Origin: Callorhinchus milii | Taxonomy: Eukaryota | Assembly (NCBI RefSeq): GCF_018977255.1 | Contig: NW_024704743.1 | Location: 69,566,001 to 69,626,000 of the forward strand | DNA length: 60,000 nt | Direction of reading: 5' to 3' | In this document: piece after piece, positions 1 to 13,555 of the stretch | Numbering within the stretch: the stretch's first letter is position 1 | Layout: each line of letters starts with the position of its first letter | Notes under the pieces: generated by a model | Told to the model about the DNA's origin: nothing | The model's input: only the letters and a program-made list of their open reading frames with translations | Databases searched by the model: none | Program-made: the position numbers and the translations under genes

Positions 1-197
1 TATGTACTGATGAAATTGAGAGCTGGAGAGGGGGGGAAGAGAAACACTGACCATACTGAGAGCAATAGAATGTCCCAACTGCATTGTGGAAGGGATTCAT
101 AATAAAACGTGCAATCACAGCTGAATTCTATTTATCTGGAATTGTTTTATTTGGTGAATATTTATTGTTTACAGTATACCTTTGGTATTGAGGTTAA

Positions 198-390
198 ATA
201 ATAATAATAATCCTTGAATGTCATATAGCGCCTTATCACGTCATTGAGACGTCTCAAAGCGTTTCACAGGGTATATTGTAAAATGAATTGACTGTATATT
301 TTGTGGGTGAAACTCGGCAGCCAATTGCACACAGCAGTATTCCACAAGATTTGTTGAAGAACATAGAGGGAGACAGATCTCAACTCTGTT
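198..390 (-). mobile_element. SINE 3' portion with L2-type tail and (ATT)n end
   Basis: ataataataatccttgaatgtcatatagcgcc...ggcagccaattgcacacagca; same tail as the full copies at 37587 and 50793. Confidence 0.8.
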
Positions 391-1221
391 CCTTTCTCGC
401 TTTCTCTTCACGTGTCTTTTACTGCGAGCATTTAGCATGTCCCACACTAAACTCCATACCCATATCATACCAGTCCTTGCCAGGTTCCACTGCCTATCAC
501 AGAACGGATCAATTTTCAAGATTCTCTCACTTGTCTACTAATCCCTTCACACTCTGCGCCTCCCTACTTTTCTGGCCTGTTTCGCCCCACTCCACTACCT
601 GTTGCCTCTGCTTGGCTGGTTCTGGCCTCCTGCTTGCCCCTCGTCCCCTCCACTCCACTGTAGGCGGTAAAAGGAATACTTTTTAAAAAGTGACAATAGC
701 AATTATTGACTTCGCCAATTATGCTGTGACATGCAGCAAGCTCACTTTTTTCAAACTTTTGAAATACGTTTAGTACATCAAATCCATGGACAGTGAGATT
801 CCTATATACTTTAGTGAGAGGATGGGTTAAAACAATTTGCATAGTTCACGTAAGCTGATGTTCTAGTTTGCTTCTTTTTCTAACCATTGCAATAAAATTA
901 AATTGGATGAAACAATTTTAAGGATATTTTTAAAATTGAAAAAGAATCTTTTGAGTTGGATTGTTTTTCTGGCAGATTTTGAATAAGTAATATAGAATGA
1001 TCAACTGATCAGTACCTTAAGCTTTTATATTTTTTTAAAACGGTCCTATTAACTAGCATATTTTTGTTTAAAATAAGATAATTCTGTGATATGCAAACTC
1101 GATTTAAACTAGGAACAAATGGAAAAGTTTCCAGGTAGGTACAAGAACAGATAAAATCTGTTATTGGGCACTTAGAGAAATTGCTTTTGGTTTTCAATGT
1201 ACTATCTTTTCTTTTGGAAAG

Positions 1222-1328
1222 GTTATTGCTCCAGCAAAAGTTTGCGGAATGATGAACGAGTCTGAAACAGTTAAGAGGCTACGCCTTACTGTTCTGAACA
1301 AAGATTTTACTTTCAAAGCAGGACAATG
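1222..1328 (+). CDS. OXNAD1: OXNAD1 internal coding exon (first visible; FAD-binding FR-type domain start)
   Basis: ttttggaaag|GTT...CAATG|gtaagt; 107 nt, phase 0 to 2; encodes [35 protein letters not shown](W), matching the recalled vertebrate OXNAD1 motif AKVCG..ES..VK.LRL....DF.FKAGQW. Confidence 0.93.
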
Positions 1329-1722
1329 GTAAGTGATTTGTTTCTACATTAGAAGAGTAGTAAAATAATTGTTTGCACTGTACAATTTAATTTGTATCCC
1401 CAATAACATGAATTCACTAAAACGTTTAAAGTCCATTTAGTCTTGCTCATAATTGTCAAACACATTGGATGTTAGAACTGCTGGAGTGATCACAAAATGT
1501 TACATGTTGCTAAAATATGTAGTATTCAGTGCATAAGGAACTTCCACGTGGGTTGTCAAGATCATTACAACAACTTGCATTTATGTTGCGTCCTTCACAC
1601 AGCATCTTGTTGTACTGTACAGTGGCAGGGGTGGATACTGGGGAAGGAAGGATGTGAGCATAACAATTTAGTCTACTAAATTTGTTTTAATTCTTTAAAA
1701 TGCTGTATTTTTTTTTAAAAAG

Positions 1723-1864
1723 GGTGGACTTTTTTGTCCCAGGTGTGTCGAAAGTCGGTGGTTTTTCTATTTGTTCAAGCCCCGGGCTGTTGGAAAGGGA
1801 AGGTGTACTGGAACTGGCAGTAAAAATTACCAAGCATCCTCCTGCACAATGGGTTCACTCTCAG
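1723..1864 (+). CDS. OXNAD1: OXNAD1 internal coding exon
   Basis: ttttaaaaag|G GTG GAC...TCT CAG|gtaact; 142 nt, completes the TGG codon split from the previous exon; [47 protein letters not shown]. Confidence 0.95.
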
Positions 1865-1919
1865 GTAACTAAAGTTCCTTAATTTCTCAAAAACTTTAAA
1901 AAATATATCAAGTTCCAGG

Positions 1920-2690
1920 GGCTAGCCTGGCTCAGGTAGTAGCACTCGCCTCAGTCAGAAAGTTGAGGACGCAAGCCCTATGTCAGGATTTTGACCTCGC
2001 ACTCCAGGCTTGCATTCTGAAAAAGTGCTTGGGAAGCTCTGCATTGTTGGGGATATCTTCCTTTACATGAGTTGTTAAACTGAGGTCTTATCTGCCTGTC
2101 AGCTGGATGTTCTCTCCTGCATGTCTGAACTTCTCAACATCCCCAGGCTCTCCCTCAGACTCACTGAACCCCTGCGCAACTTAGGCATTAGGTTCGATCC
2201 CCAGCTTTCCTTTATACTCCACATCCGTTCCCTGACCAGAATCTCTTTGTTCCATCTCTTATCACATTGCCCGCCTCGTCCGTACCTCACAACGCAGCCG
2301 AAACCCTCGTCCACGCCTTTGACACTTCCCGGCTGGACTATTCCAATACCCTCCTCATTGGTCTCGCCAGCTCCACCATACACAAAATTAATTTGACTCA
2401 AAACTCCGCTGCTTGGATATAATAATAATCCTTGCATTTGATGGAGCACCTTATCATGTCTTTGAGGCATCTCAAAGCTCTTCACAGAATATACTGTAAA
2501 GTGAATTAACTGTATATTTTGTGGGTGAAATTGGCAGACAATTGTGCCAACTTGGGTTGGTATTTTCCAGATTAAAAAAAAGATTACCATTCATTTCATG
2601 GTAGTTTGTGGGGCAGTGCTGTGCGCAAATTGGCTGCAACAAAATGCACAGCACTACATTAAAGGTGCAATATAAAATGTAAGTATTATT
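1920..2690. mobile_element. Nested cluster: Deu-type SINE head (+), L2 ORF2 fragment (+, ~2130-2415), SINE tails (- and +)
   Basis: ggctcaggtagtagcactcgcctcagtcagaa head; L2 peptide [19 protein letters not shown]; (ATT)n SINE tail. Confidence 0.7.
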
Positions 2691-2789
2691 ATATAAGGCC
2701 ACTTATTGAAGTCCAATTGCCACGATACATAGAAATATATATATATATACTATATTTTTAGATGGATTAATTTTTCCCTCTATACAACA

Positions 2790-3478
2790 AGAAGATTAAT
2801 TTATATACCTCCTTTCGTGTCGGGAGGACTTCCCAAGGCGCTGGACAGTGTACAGCATTTCAGACCCGAGCTGGGGTCGAGGGAGAAGGGAGGGGAGGGG
2901 AATGGGGGTGGGCCATGGCATGGTCGAAGAGGAGGGTTTTAAGGCAGGACTTGAAGGAGGCTAAGGAGGGGGCGAGGCGGAGTGACTGGGGGATGGAATT
3001 CCAGAGGTTGGGGGCAGAGTGACTGAAGGCTCTCCCACCAATGGTGGGGCGAGTGGGTTGGAGGACGTGGAGCAGGCCAGAGCCGGCTGAGCGGAGGGAG
3101 CGGGCGGGCTGGTAGGGGGTTAGGAGGTCACAGATAATAAATGATAATAGTAATCCTTGCATTTGACATAGCGCTTTTCACGTCTTCTCGACATCTCAAA
3201 GCGCTTCACAGAATAGACTGTAAAGTGAATTGACTGTATATTTGTGGGCGAAAATATAGGGTGGGTCGAGACCATTGAGGGCTTTGTAGGTGAGGACCAG
3301 GATTTTGAACTAGATCGTCTGAAGAATAGGGAGCCAATGGAGTCAGGCGAGAGTGGGGGAGATGTGATCATGGAGTTTGGTGCGGGAGAGGACACGGGCT
3401 GCAGGTTCTGGATTATCTGCAGCCAGTGGAGGAAGGAGTTGGGAAGGCCGACAAGCAGCGCGTTTGCATAGTCGAGTG
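2790..3478 (-). mobile_element. L2 LINE 3' fragment interrupted by a SINE tail (~3135-3255)
   Basis: L2 C-terminal peptide RSLRSAGSGLLHV..PTIGGRAFSHSAPNLWNSIP and L2 tail cctttcgtgtcgggaggacttcccaaggcgctggacag. Confidence 0.85.
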
Positions 3479-4504
3479 AATCTGCATTTACAGAATACTG
3501 TCAGAAATTGGAGTCAAAGAGATGCTTTTTCTCAATCCAATTGAGTTTTGAAGGAGTTTTTCTTGCCCAATTCATTACAAATATTTAGGATTGGCCCTAT
3601 GAGTAACTTTATTATAGGAATTTTCAAGATTGTGTGAGATGGTTCTTAAAGTAATTTATCAAAAAAATAATTATTTTTCCATTCATCGTTAAGTAGGATA
3701 TTTGATTGTAAATGTTACAGAGCCAAATTATTCCATATCATTCATTGAATTAACCAAATTTTCTATTGTATCATTCTACAAACCAATATGTGAGAACCCC
3801 TAATTTACCAGTACAGCAATAGAAATATTTGTTCTCTTCACAGCATTGTTACAAAACCTATTTATCCATCTAAGATAACCACGACAAGTTAACAATTAAT
3901 CAATATGATTGAAAACATGTATTCTCTGTTGTAAGGTTTTTTGCAAAGAAACATATTAAAGGGTCCCTGCCCCATTAAGAAGCCTTATGATTAGCCATAT
4001 TACTTGTATCTGAAGAATGAGGAAGGCCCTAGAAGACATTTATAAAATTTGGCCTCGAATATAGATAATATGCACTGAACAACCACTAGCTGGTGCTACA
4101 ACCCTACCTTAAATTACATTTAATTGTAGGACCCAGCTGGCTTTGTGCAGAACTCCATAATGCTGAACTTTTTTTTAGATACAAGCATCCTGTTTTATTT
4201 CAGGAATATATTAGTTTGAATTAGAAAGGGTATATCTTTGAAAATAAATTATGCATTTTTTTAATTAATGCACCTGAATAGATGGTCCCTATATTTGTTA
4301 TTCCAACAATAGATCACTGATCCCTCCCCCTCCATGAGTAATCACAAGAGACTACAGAGAGCCCTTGCTTACATACTTTGCAAGTATAGGAGTTAAAAAC
4401 TTTCCAAATTAAAAACAGTTTCAAACAATTAAAAACTTTTCCAATCAAACAGGATTCCTTAATTAAGGAATCTGGATATATGTTGCATAAACTCACAGGA
4501 ATTC

Positions 4505-4887
4505 TCTTCAGCTCAATCTCCCATTGAAATGAATCGTACAGCACAAAAAGAGGCCGTTCTGTCCATCGAGTTTGTGCCGGCTCTTTGATTAGAGCAATTA
4601 ATGTCAATCCCACTCCCCAGCCTTTTCCCCATAATCCTGCAAACCCGTCCTCCTCAAATACCCGTCCACCACGTTTTTAAAAGTAGTTATCGAATCGGCC
4701 TCGGCCACCCTTTCAGGCAATGCGTTCCAGATTTGAACAACTCGCTGCATGAAAAAATTTCTTCTCACCTCCCCTCTGCTTCTTTTAGAGAATCTATGAC
4801 CTCGAGTCACCGACACACACACCAGTGGAAACAGTTTTCCCTTTCTAACCTATCAAATCCCCTCATGATTTTGAAGACCTCTATTAG
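4505..4887 (-). mobile_element. CR1 LINE 3' fragment
   Basis: TRGHRF..RRNFFMQRVVQIWNALPERVAEADSITTFK plus a CR1 3' UTR (gaacggcctctttttgtgctgtacgattc). Confidence 0.88.
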
Positions 4888-6149
4888 GGACCATCTATTG
4901 GGGACCATCTATCATATAGGGACCATCTATTGAAGAATCCAGTTCTTTTTTGATTCTTTATTTGAGGAACTAATAGGAAATTGTTGTGTGTTAAAGCCCA
5001 TTAAATTTTTTCTTGGTGCTGATTTCTGAATTTGGCTTTATTATAAATTTAGCAATTGTTTGTGTATTCAGTGTAAATGTTTCATGTACTGTCATATCAA
5101 AGTAGATGCCAAAAATATAAAAATATTTGTGGTGCAGAATGCATCATGAAGAATACTTGGTTATTAAGTTTGTCCCAGGTTTTTTTAAATGAATCACGTT
5201 TTTCATAAAAATTGCATAGGCAAGATGGATCTCTCCAAAATACTGTGATGGAGTATTAGAATGCAGATAAGTATCTGCCAGGTAGATGCTGATTCCTAAC
5301 ACTTCCCCATAGGTTGGTAAGGTAACAGAAAATAAGTTTGTTCTGATCTGCACTTGTGTAAGCCCACATCTTGAATACAGTATAGCATTGGCAGATACTT
5401 TGAAGCACAAGGGGTCTTGGCTCGAGATGCTGTATGGTATCAAGAGACCTATTGGGAGTAAAGTAAAATATTTTATGAGAATCTTATCCTTTTCTTTCCA
5501 AAGAACTACTGGAGATCATTAATTATCCAATTATTACTACTCTTTAAATTGTACAACAATGCAAAAGAAAAAACAAAGCAAATTATTTTATTACAAGAGT
5601 AGGCAGTTCAATCAATTCAATTGTTCTACACTACCGTCTTTTTCTGTGCTGTAAATTTCTATAGTTCTATGGTGCTAACAGGTTTAGTGTATTTTAAAAC
5701 CAATATTTCTTTGTCCTTTCATTTTAAAGAAACAGCCCCTGAATTTATAATGTTCTCTGAGATTACTTATTACAGAAATACTTCAATGACAAGGAAAACT
5801 AAAGTTGTGAAACTGTGAGTCATATAACCTAAAAGTCATTTGTAATGTACTAAAAGCAATATTAGAAGAAGTGAGCAAAGAATAGATTAAGTAGATTGGA
5901 AACAACAGAATTCACAAAGTGTGTTTTGCTTTCCTAGAAATAGCCCTTGTTATAAAGACAAAATAGAATCTCCTTACGTGAAATGTTAGGAAAGGATCTT
6001 ATAAAACGATTGGTTGTAGGAAGATCTATTAAACAATTTTTTGTTTAAAAATAAAAGTAAAAGTAAAAATAAATAAGTAAAATAAAATTTGGATCTAGTT
6101 TATTGTGGCTCAGTAATCTTTATTGGAAGTAAATACCGAGAGCATATGT

Positions 6150-7060
6150 TACAGAGAAACTTAAAAATTTAAATGATTGCAGGTCAGACTGCATAAGACT
6201 TACCATCCTCAAGGAAATGGGAGAGGAAATAGGTGAGGCTATGGTTAATCATTCTAGGAGCTGCATAAACACTGAAAGTGCTTGAGGACTGAAGGATAGC
6301 AAACATTATCCCATTATTCAAAAAAATGAGACACGAGTCTGAAAACTAGAACAGTTAGCCAAACATCTGTGGTGGAGAATGCTTAAGAGAAAGAAGCATT
6401 CAAGATGCTATCAATGCTTATTTAAAGAGCACACTTGGAATAGTTAATGTGGATTTAAAACAAAGGGTGGCTGCAGACTGGACTTTTTTGAGGTAATCGC
6501 TAAGTTTTTGGATAAGACCTTACAGGTGGATAAAACTGTTAGACTTGATAAAATTCCACATTTAAGACTTTTAAAGTTTATTAAATTAACTGGTAGGCAG
6601 TGCTTTAGGACGTTCTCCTGAAGTGAAAGGCACTATACAAATGTAATTTGTTGTAAATTTAAAAAATGCTTTTCCAATAAGAAGCAGAAAGTGTAGGGAA
6701 ATTAGCCCATCCACTAAATTAATAACTATATATTTGAAAGAAGTTTTAACCTTACATCACTGGGGAGCCCACATTTGGAATAATGTGTGGTTTTTTGAGC
6801 ACTCTTGTCTAAAACAACTTTAGATAGGGTTCAGAGAAGAGCAGCATGAATGAATCCAGGACTTATGAGCTCTAAATTTTGAGAGGCTCAAAGAGCTGAA
6901 CTTGTTTTTGTTGGAAAAATGAAGATTGCGGAAGAAATGGTCCACATTTTTTTAAATGCTGAGATACTATAATATAGGTGTAAGCAGGCAATTTGACTTG
7001 GATTATGAGAGGAAGAGGACGAGGGTTTAAAGTTAAAATCTCTATGATTGAAAGAAACAA
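6150..7060 (+). mobile_element. Old degraded CR1 ORF2 remnants
   Basis: Decayed CR1 motifs (gaaggatagcaaacattatcccattattcaaaaaa; agggttcagagaagagcagc); no long ORF. Confidence 0.6.
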
Positions 7061-7129
7061 GTTATGTTAATACTTCTGTCCACTCACCAACATTCAGTTG
7101 GTGCTGAATGTGTTATAAATAACTAAATA

Positions 7130-7570
7130 CTTAACTGCTTGGGAACACTACTGCAGTAAGTGGATCTTCTTGGAACTGAACTGGGAACGGAGTATTGGAA
7201 TTGTGGTGATCTCAAAAGTTCGGTTCCTGAACCAGGCAGGTCTGCAGTACAGTCGGCAGGACTTGGAAGGGCAAACCAGTCAATGGGGATAGGGAATCCT
7301 CCCACACAGCTCCTATTAACTCTGCAAGTCAAAGTCCTAAAGGATAAGGTGGCCTTGCTGGACATGTGGGAAAGCTTGCCGAACAGTGACAAGCGCAATG
7401 GCAAGCTATGCGTTTTTAGCTGGTTAGACTCTATCAGTACCTCAATACACACTCTGTGGTCCCCAACCCTTGGTGCTTGCCAAACTGGTATGCCTGGAAT
7501 TTTTGGTTTGGATACTCTTAAGCACGGTGATGGGTTTCCACATGTGTAAGACACCTAAATTACCAAAAAA
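7130..7570 (+). repeat. Unclassified interspersed repeat X, internally deleted copy
   Basis: Shares blocks with 8900-9900, 25895-26230 and 36665-37045 (ggttcctgaaccag; gggaaagcttgc; tggttagac; ttggtttggatactcttaagca; gggtttcc.catgtgt.agacac...aaaaa). Confidence 0.75.
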
Positions 7571-8539
7571 AGTGAACATCTGTTTAAATTGGCTCCTTAA
7601 TATTCAGCAGCACAGAGTAATACTCTAAACATTCCAGATAAAATACAGGATAGTAGCTGAAGGCAATGCATATTACAGTGCATCTTTTTGGGTGACAAAA
7701 CCTTATTAAACAATGCCATTTTGACCAGGTGGTTTGCACCTTATTCAACATATTAGAACTTTTATAATAGCTTGAGTTGTACTTGCAATACTGGTCCCAA
7801 CTTGAGACAAAACTTTTTATATGTGAACAGGTTTTAAAAATGATGGCCATATGTGTGATTGATTGACTACCTTGTTTAATTTTAATGTCACAGCTAGTAA
7901 TACTAGTTTAGAATTTTATAGGGCAGGATATGTGAAAAGAGCAGAACATAGAATTGAAGTGGACAACTCAAGTGTGAGAGCTAGCAATGTCACAAGCAAA
8001 TCGACTGAATAACCTTGGTCTGTGCTCACATTTCTGCAATCTATTTTATACTTCACCATTTTATTATTCTGTATAAAAACTGTGTCCACTTGGAAGTGAA
8101 TCAACAATCTGCAATTTATTAACCAAGATGATTTATGCACTTATTCCTTTAAGCTGGACCGATAGTGGTATGATGGAGAAATTACTTGAAAGTTTTGGTA
8201 CTACTTTAAAAATGTAACTTTACAATCAGCCTTGTGACTATTTAATGCATTTACAAACTGAAACTGTGTATGGTTGTGAGATTATTGGATTAACAATATG
8301 AAATGATGCACGGTGACATTTTGGGATACACAGAGAAGTTTTTGATAGAAGTGCATAGAACAAAATGGAAATTGTGTGATTTTTACATGCAGATAAGTAA
8401 CTCAGCATTCCATAGAGGGTAGCAATTTGCCAGGGAGTAATTTGAGCTCTGATTCTTGCCTTTTCTTTCAGAAAATGCCATTAATGATTTCTTCCTCTTT
8501 TAAAAAGGAGTTCTTAAAATATTTATTTTCCTTCTCTAG

Positions 8540-8782
8540 TGTGTTCTTGGATCAGAGGTAGCTCTACGAGTAGGGGGTGATTTCTTCTATGACCTTCAAC
8601 CTTCCAATTCTTCGGTGGACATACTGTTGATTGCTGGCGGAGTGGGCATTAACCCCTTGTACTCTATACTATTACATACGGCTGATCTCCACAGACTTCA
8701 CGAAAGCAAACATTATGAATACAAACCTGGATCTGTACAGCTTCACTTCAGTGCGAAAAACACTGAAGAACTTCTTTTCAAG
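8540..8782 (+). CDS. OXNAD1: OXNAD1 internal coding exon (NAD-binding AGGVGINP motif)
   Basis: cttctctag|TGT...TTCAAG|gtttgc; 243 nt, phase 0/0; [18 protein letters not shown]...[18 protein letters not shown]...[12 protein letters not shown]. Confidence 0.96.
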
Positions 8783-8899
8783 GTTTGCATAACCTCGTTT
8801 TACTGCTTGACCTTTGACTTCTCTGAAAGTGAACAATTTTGTAGGTGACAACTGATAGCTTTTGTATCTTGGATAGATTCAACTGGGGTTGGTTCAATA

Positions 8900-9895
8900 G
8901 ATGGATATTGTTGTTCCCCCTTGGGAGGGAGGTAGGAGGTATATAAGAGTCTCGTGGGAATCAATTGTTTTTAAGGTGTGATAAATATGGCAACTGAATG
9001 TTGGAATCAAGTTAGTCCTGTGGGTGCTCTTAGTAGCTTGGTTCTTGAACCAGATCAGTACCTGACAGATTTGGCTCATTGGCAGGACCTGGAGGGACAT
9101 ACCAGTAACTGGGAGCAGGCATTCTTCCCAGTTGGCTCCTCTTTACCCTGCAATACAAAGATAGGGTTGCCCTAGCTGGACAAGCAGCAGGAAGCTTGCT
9201 AGACAATGCTTTATAATCCAATTTATGTTGATATGCAATCTTTAACTTCCCAAGGAGCACCAACGGTGCTGGATGGCGCCCCAAGTTAGAAGTGGTTGCT
9301 CAGGGGTTTGGGGAAAGATGACCGAAAGCATGGTTTTAAGATCTGTCTTGAAAGAGGGGAGGGCTGAGTGAGTTGAAAAGACTCCAAGATGAAGTTCCAG
9401 AGAGAGGGGCAGAAAGGATGAAAGCCTGCCTGCCAATGGTGGTGGTGGGGAGCATGAAGCAGGCTGGTGCTTTCAACAGTAGGCTGTGTTGGTTTAGGTG
9501 GTTAAGCTCCAGCAGTCTGCCAACACACATTTTGGAGTCCCCAAGCCTTGTCTCTGGCCAACTTGTGCCTAATACTTTCTGGAATTAAGCAGATTATATC
9601 CCTCCAGGACGGAGGACATGTTCATTTCAGATGCAGAGAAATTTCAGTGTGTAGATGGCATAGATTATATGGAACACTGTCAAGTTTGGATACTATTAAG
9701 ATGATGTTGGCAGTGGTTGTCATGTAAAGTGAAGGCATCAAAAACTATAAAACATTTAAAATATTTGTTGGGCTTAAATGGAACTTCTGAGCTGGGCTGC
9801 ATGAGGCGGTAAGCGTTCAAATGTCCTGATTACTCACATACCCAGTCCGCCCCTGGATTTCCACGTGTGTCAAGCACTCGGCTGCCCAAAGCAAA
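8900..9895 (+). repeat. Unclassified interspersed repeat X, split by a minus-strand L2 fragment (~9250-9480)
   Basis: gaatgttggaatcaagtta, ctagctggacaagcagcaggaagcttgct, gtccccaagccttg and atccctccagg blocks shared with the other copies. Confidence 0.7.
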
Positions 9896-11640
9896 ATTGT
9901 CTTCCACCATTCTCTGGACTATATTTTATTATACGTTAACAGCACACTAACACTTTAATATGTCCAATGTGGTCTAAATGTAATATGCAGCCAATGGGAT
10001 TTTAATGTTTCCTTCAGTGCTCTATTCTCAGAATTGCTGCTGACAATTCCATCTCTTTTTACATTCATTAAAATTCTGCTTCACCCGATAGGCCTGAAAC
10101 TTTTTTTGAGGCTTTTTCCATCAAAAAGAATGTTAAATTAAAATGATTTATGGGAAAAGATCAATAAAGTACCTTTTGAGGCATTTTTGGAATGGCAGTT
10201 GAATTACGTGTCACAATTGTACTTAAAAATCAATGATTTTTTGCGTTCATTGGGGAAGAGTATTAATTAATGACTGAAAAATATTTTGTTTTTATGTGGC
10301 ACTGTCAGCAATCCCAGGTCTGGTTTTATTTTTGTGAACGCATATTGCATGTTATCTTTATTAGTATGGTTTTGCAGGAGTGTGAGAAGCCTGGTTTAAC
10401 AGATGTTATTGCAGAGTCTGGAAATGCTTCAGATGAGTCCAGGCTTGATATGAAACAAAATCAAGATGCAGACCCAACAGCATCTCTGCTCTGAGCAAGA
10501 ATTGAATTCAAAAATAACCAAATTTATTATTAATGCATGATTTATGCTACATTGTATCTTTAGAGACCGACCGACTTGCCATTGTAGATCAAAATATATT
10601 CAAAAATATATGGAAATTAACCTGATCTGCTATTCAGTTTACAGTTCTAGCTGTCTATAAGAAAATATTTCAAATAATTTAATTTAACATTTTTGGATGG
10701 ATACTGCTAAATAAAAAAGCAGCATTTTCAGGACCATTATGCTCGATCGGAATTTTAAGAAATTAAAAGAGTAAACTATAGGGGGTATGGAGAAAGGGCG
10801 GGTAAATGGGACTGAACTGATTGGTCTTCAGAGACACAGATACAGTGAGCGAAATGGCCACCTTCTGTGCTGTAAATTTCTATAGCTCTATGGTACCCTG
10901 TCAGCTCCATCACCAAAATTATTATTATTTATTATTATTATTCATGATTCTCAGGTAATAAACCTAACTGCTTCAAAACTAAAAGTGGGCTGCAATGGCT
11001 TCCACAAAAGGAAGGAGGCCTGAGGATTCCTAACTGCACCAGGGAATCCTTGCCTGGAATGGGATCTCGCTTCCAAACGTCTGCTAGAACTATGGGAGCC
11101 AATTTGATCATGTCAAATCTCATGTATAACATTTTACTCATAGTTGCCCAGAAAAGTACAGATTAGATGTGGAATAGAGCTTGTCTTGCAATTTACCAAT
11201 CTGAGTCCGAGCCCAATATCAGTAGAATATATTGACTGCACCAGTGCGATTTAACTCTTGCACCATTCATCGTTTTGGTGCTTCTCAGCGATGCTGTGGA
11301 ATTATTTCTGCTAGAAACTGACTTAACACCAGGCCAAATTGCTTGCTACCCCATTGCATAATTAACCCTCAATTTTTATATTTTTTTCAGCTGCACTCCT
11401 GCTTGTAAAAGTTTTAACCCACAGTTGATAGCTTTTGGATTAAAATGTATTTGTATGTAAATTTGTATAGTAAGAATTTTCAAAAAAATTGTATGTTAAT
11501 GTATGTTAATGCTCTGTTAATACAATAATATTAATAGTTCCTATTTCAATTACTGTAATAGTTATTGACTTGGCCATGTCCATAATAAATTTAATTCCTA
11601 TTCCCAATATATATTAGCAGTTTGTATCAGATCCCCCCAA

Positions 11641-13555
11641 AACTAAAAAAACTCATAAAGAGCGAGAAAAAGGAGTATGAGGGTAAGCTAGCTAGGAACA
11701 TTAAGTCTGATTGTAAAAGTTTTTACAAATATATTAAGAGGAATAGGCTAGTGAGGGTAAATGTAGGTCCACTTCAGTCAGAGACGGGAGAAGTTGTAAT
11801 GGGGGATAAGGACATGGCAGAGTCCCTAAATGAGTACTTTTGCATCTGTCTTCACCCTAGAAGACACAACAAGTCTGCCAACAATAGAGATGCACCAAGG
11901 GGATAAGGACAGGGAGCAACTTAGGGAAATTTTCATTAGTAGAGAATTGGTGCGAGGGAAACTGTTAGCACTAAAAAGTGACAAATCCCCTGGTCCGGAT
12001 GGCTTGCATCCCAGAGAGTTTTAAAAGAGGTAGCTTATGAGATAGTGGAGGCCTTATGTCTGATCTTCCAAAATTCCTTGGATTCTGGAACAGTCCCCAT
12101 GGATTGGAAGATCGCAAATGTCACACCACTATTTTAAAAAAAGGTGGAAAGGAAAAGATGGGGAACTATAGGCCAGTTAGTCTCACATCAGCGATAGGAA
12201 AATTTTAGAATCATTGATTAAGGATGTGGTAGTGCGGTATTTAGGGGAACACAATATAATTAGGCCAAGTCAACATGGCTTTACAAAAGGGAAGTCATGT
12301 TTGACAAATCTCATAGAGTTTTTTGAGGATATTTCCAGTAAACTAGATAAGGGTGAATCAGTGGATGTGGTCTATTTGGACTTCCAGAAGGCATTCGATA
12401 AGGTGCCGCATAAAAGGTTAGTCCAAAAGGAATTGGGGGGAGCATATTAACGTGAATTGGGAAATGGTTAACGGGTAGAAAACAAAGAGTAGGGATAAAT
12501 GGGTCCTTTTCAGATTGGTGGGATGTGACTAGTGGTGTGCCACAAGGATCAGTCCTTGGGCCTCAGCTATTTACCATCGACATCAACGATCTAGATGAGG
12601 ACATCGAAGTTAACATATCTAAATTCGTGGATGACACAAAACTAGGAGGAAGGGTCAACACAGACGATGACATTAAAAAAATGCAGCGCGACATAGATAG
12701 GTTAGGTGATTGGGCAGGTAGGTGGCAGATGAAGTATAATGTAGGGAAGTGCGAAGTCATCCACCTCGGTAGCAAAAACAGTTGAGCGGGTTATTTTTTA
12801 GAAGGGGAGAGATTGGAATGTGTTAGTGTCCAGAGGGACTTGGGTGTCCTTGTACACCAATCACAGAAAGTTAGTCTGCAGGTGCAGCAGCAATTAGGAA
12901 GGCGAACGGTATGTTAGCATTCATTATGAAAGGATTAGAGTATAAGAGTAGGGAAGTCTTGCTGCAACTGTATAGGGCCCTGGTGAGACCACACCTGGAA
13001 TACTGTGTGCAGTTTTGGTCTCCTTATTTAAGGAAGGGTGTACTTGCCTTGGAGGGGGTGCAGCGTAGATTTACTAGGTTAGTACCAGGGATGAGGGGAT
13101 GAGTTACGAGGATAGGCTGACCAATTTGGGTCTATATTCTCTGGAATATAGAATTAGAGGGGATCTTATAGAAACCTATAAGATCATCACAGGGCGTGAT
13201 AGAGTAGATAGTGGGAGATTGTTTCCGCTGGTTGGAGAAACTAAAACCAGGGGTCACAACCTTAAAATCAGAGACCAGCCCTTTCGCACTGAGTTGAGGA
13301 AGAACCTCTTTACTCAAAGGGTGGTGAATGTATGGAACTCACTACCCCAAAGGGCTGTTGACGCTCAGTCCTTGAGCATATTCAAGACTGAGATAGATAT
13401 ATTTCGTATTGCAAAAGGGATTAAGGGATATGGGGATAAGGCAGGGTCAGGTTATTAGCTCGAGTTAGATTAGAAGATCAGCCATGATTGAATGCCGGGG
13501 CAGGCTCGAAGGGCTGAATGGCCTACTCCTGCTCCTACATGTTATGTTATTATGC
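11641..13555 (+). mobile_element. Young 5'-truncated CR1 LINE (ORF2 RT region, frameshifted) in OXNAD1 intron
   Basis: DKSPGPDGLHPR, QHGFTKGKSCLTNL, YLDFQKAFDKVPH, GVPQGSVLGP, FVDDTKLGG, RPHLEYCVQFWSP; 3' UTR ending in (ATGTT)n. Confidence 0.96.

Noticed and set aside
10..102. Short frame MKLRAGEGGKRNTDHTESNRM..., resembling OXNAD1 KRKTDHMER
   Set aside because: There is no phase-0 GT donor at the expected place and an in-frame TAA follows; the real upstream exon probably lies outside the window.
7123..7554. ORFs of 129-143 aa over repeat X (also 8978 and 25964)
   Set aside because: Frames are not preserved between copies and no known domain is visible; the similarity is at nucleotide level.
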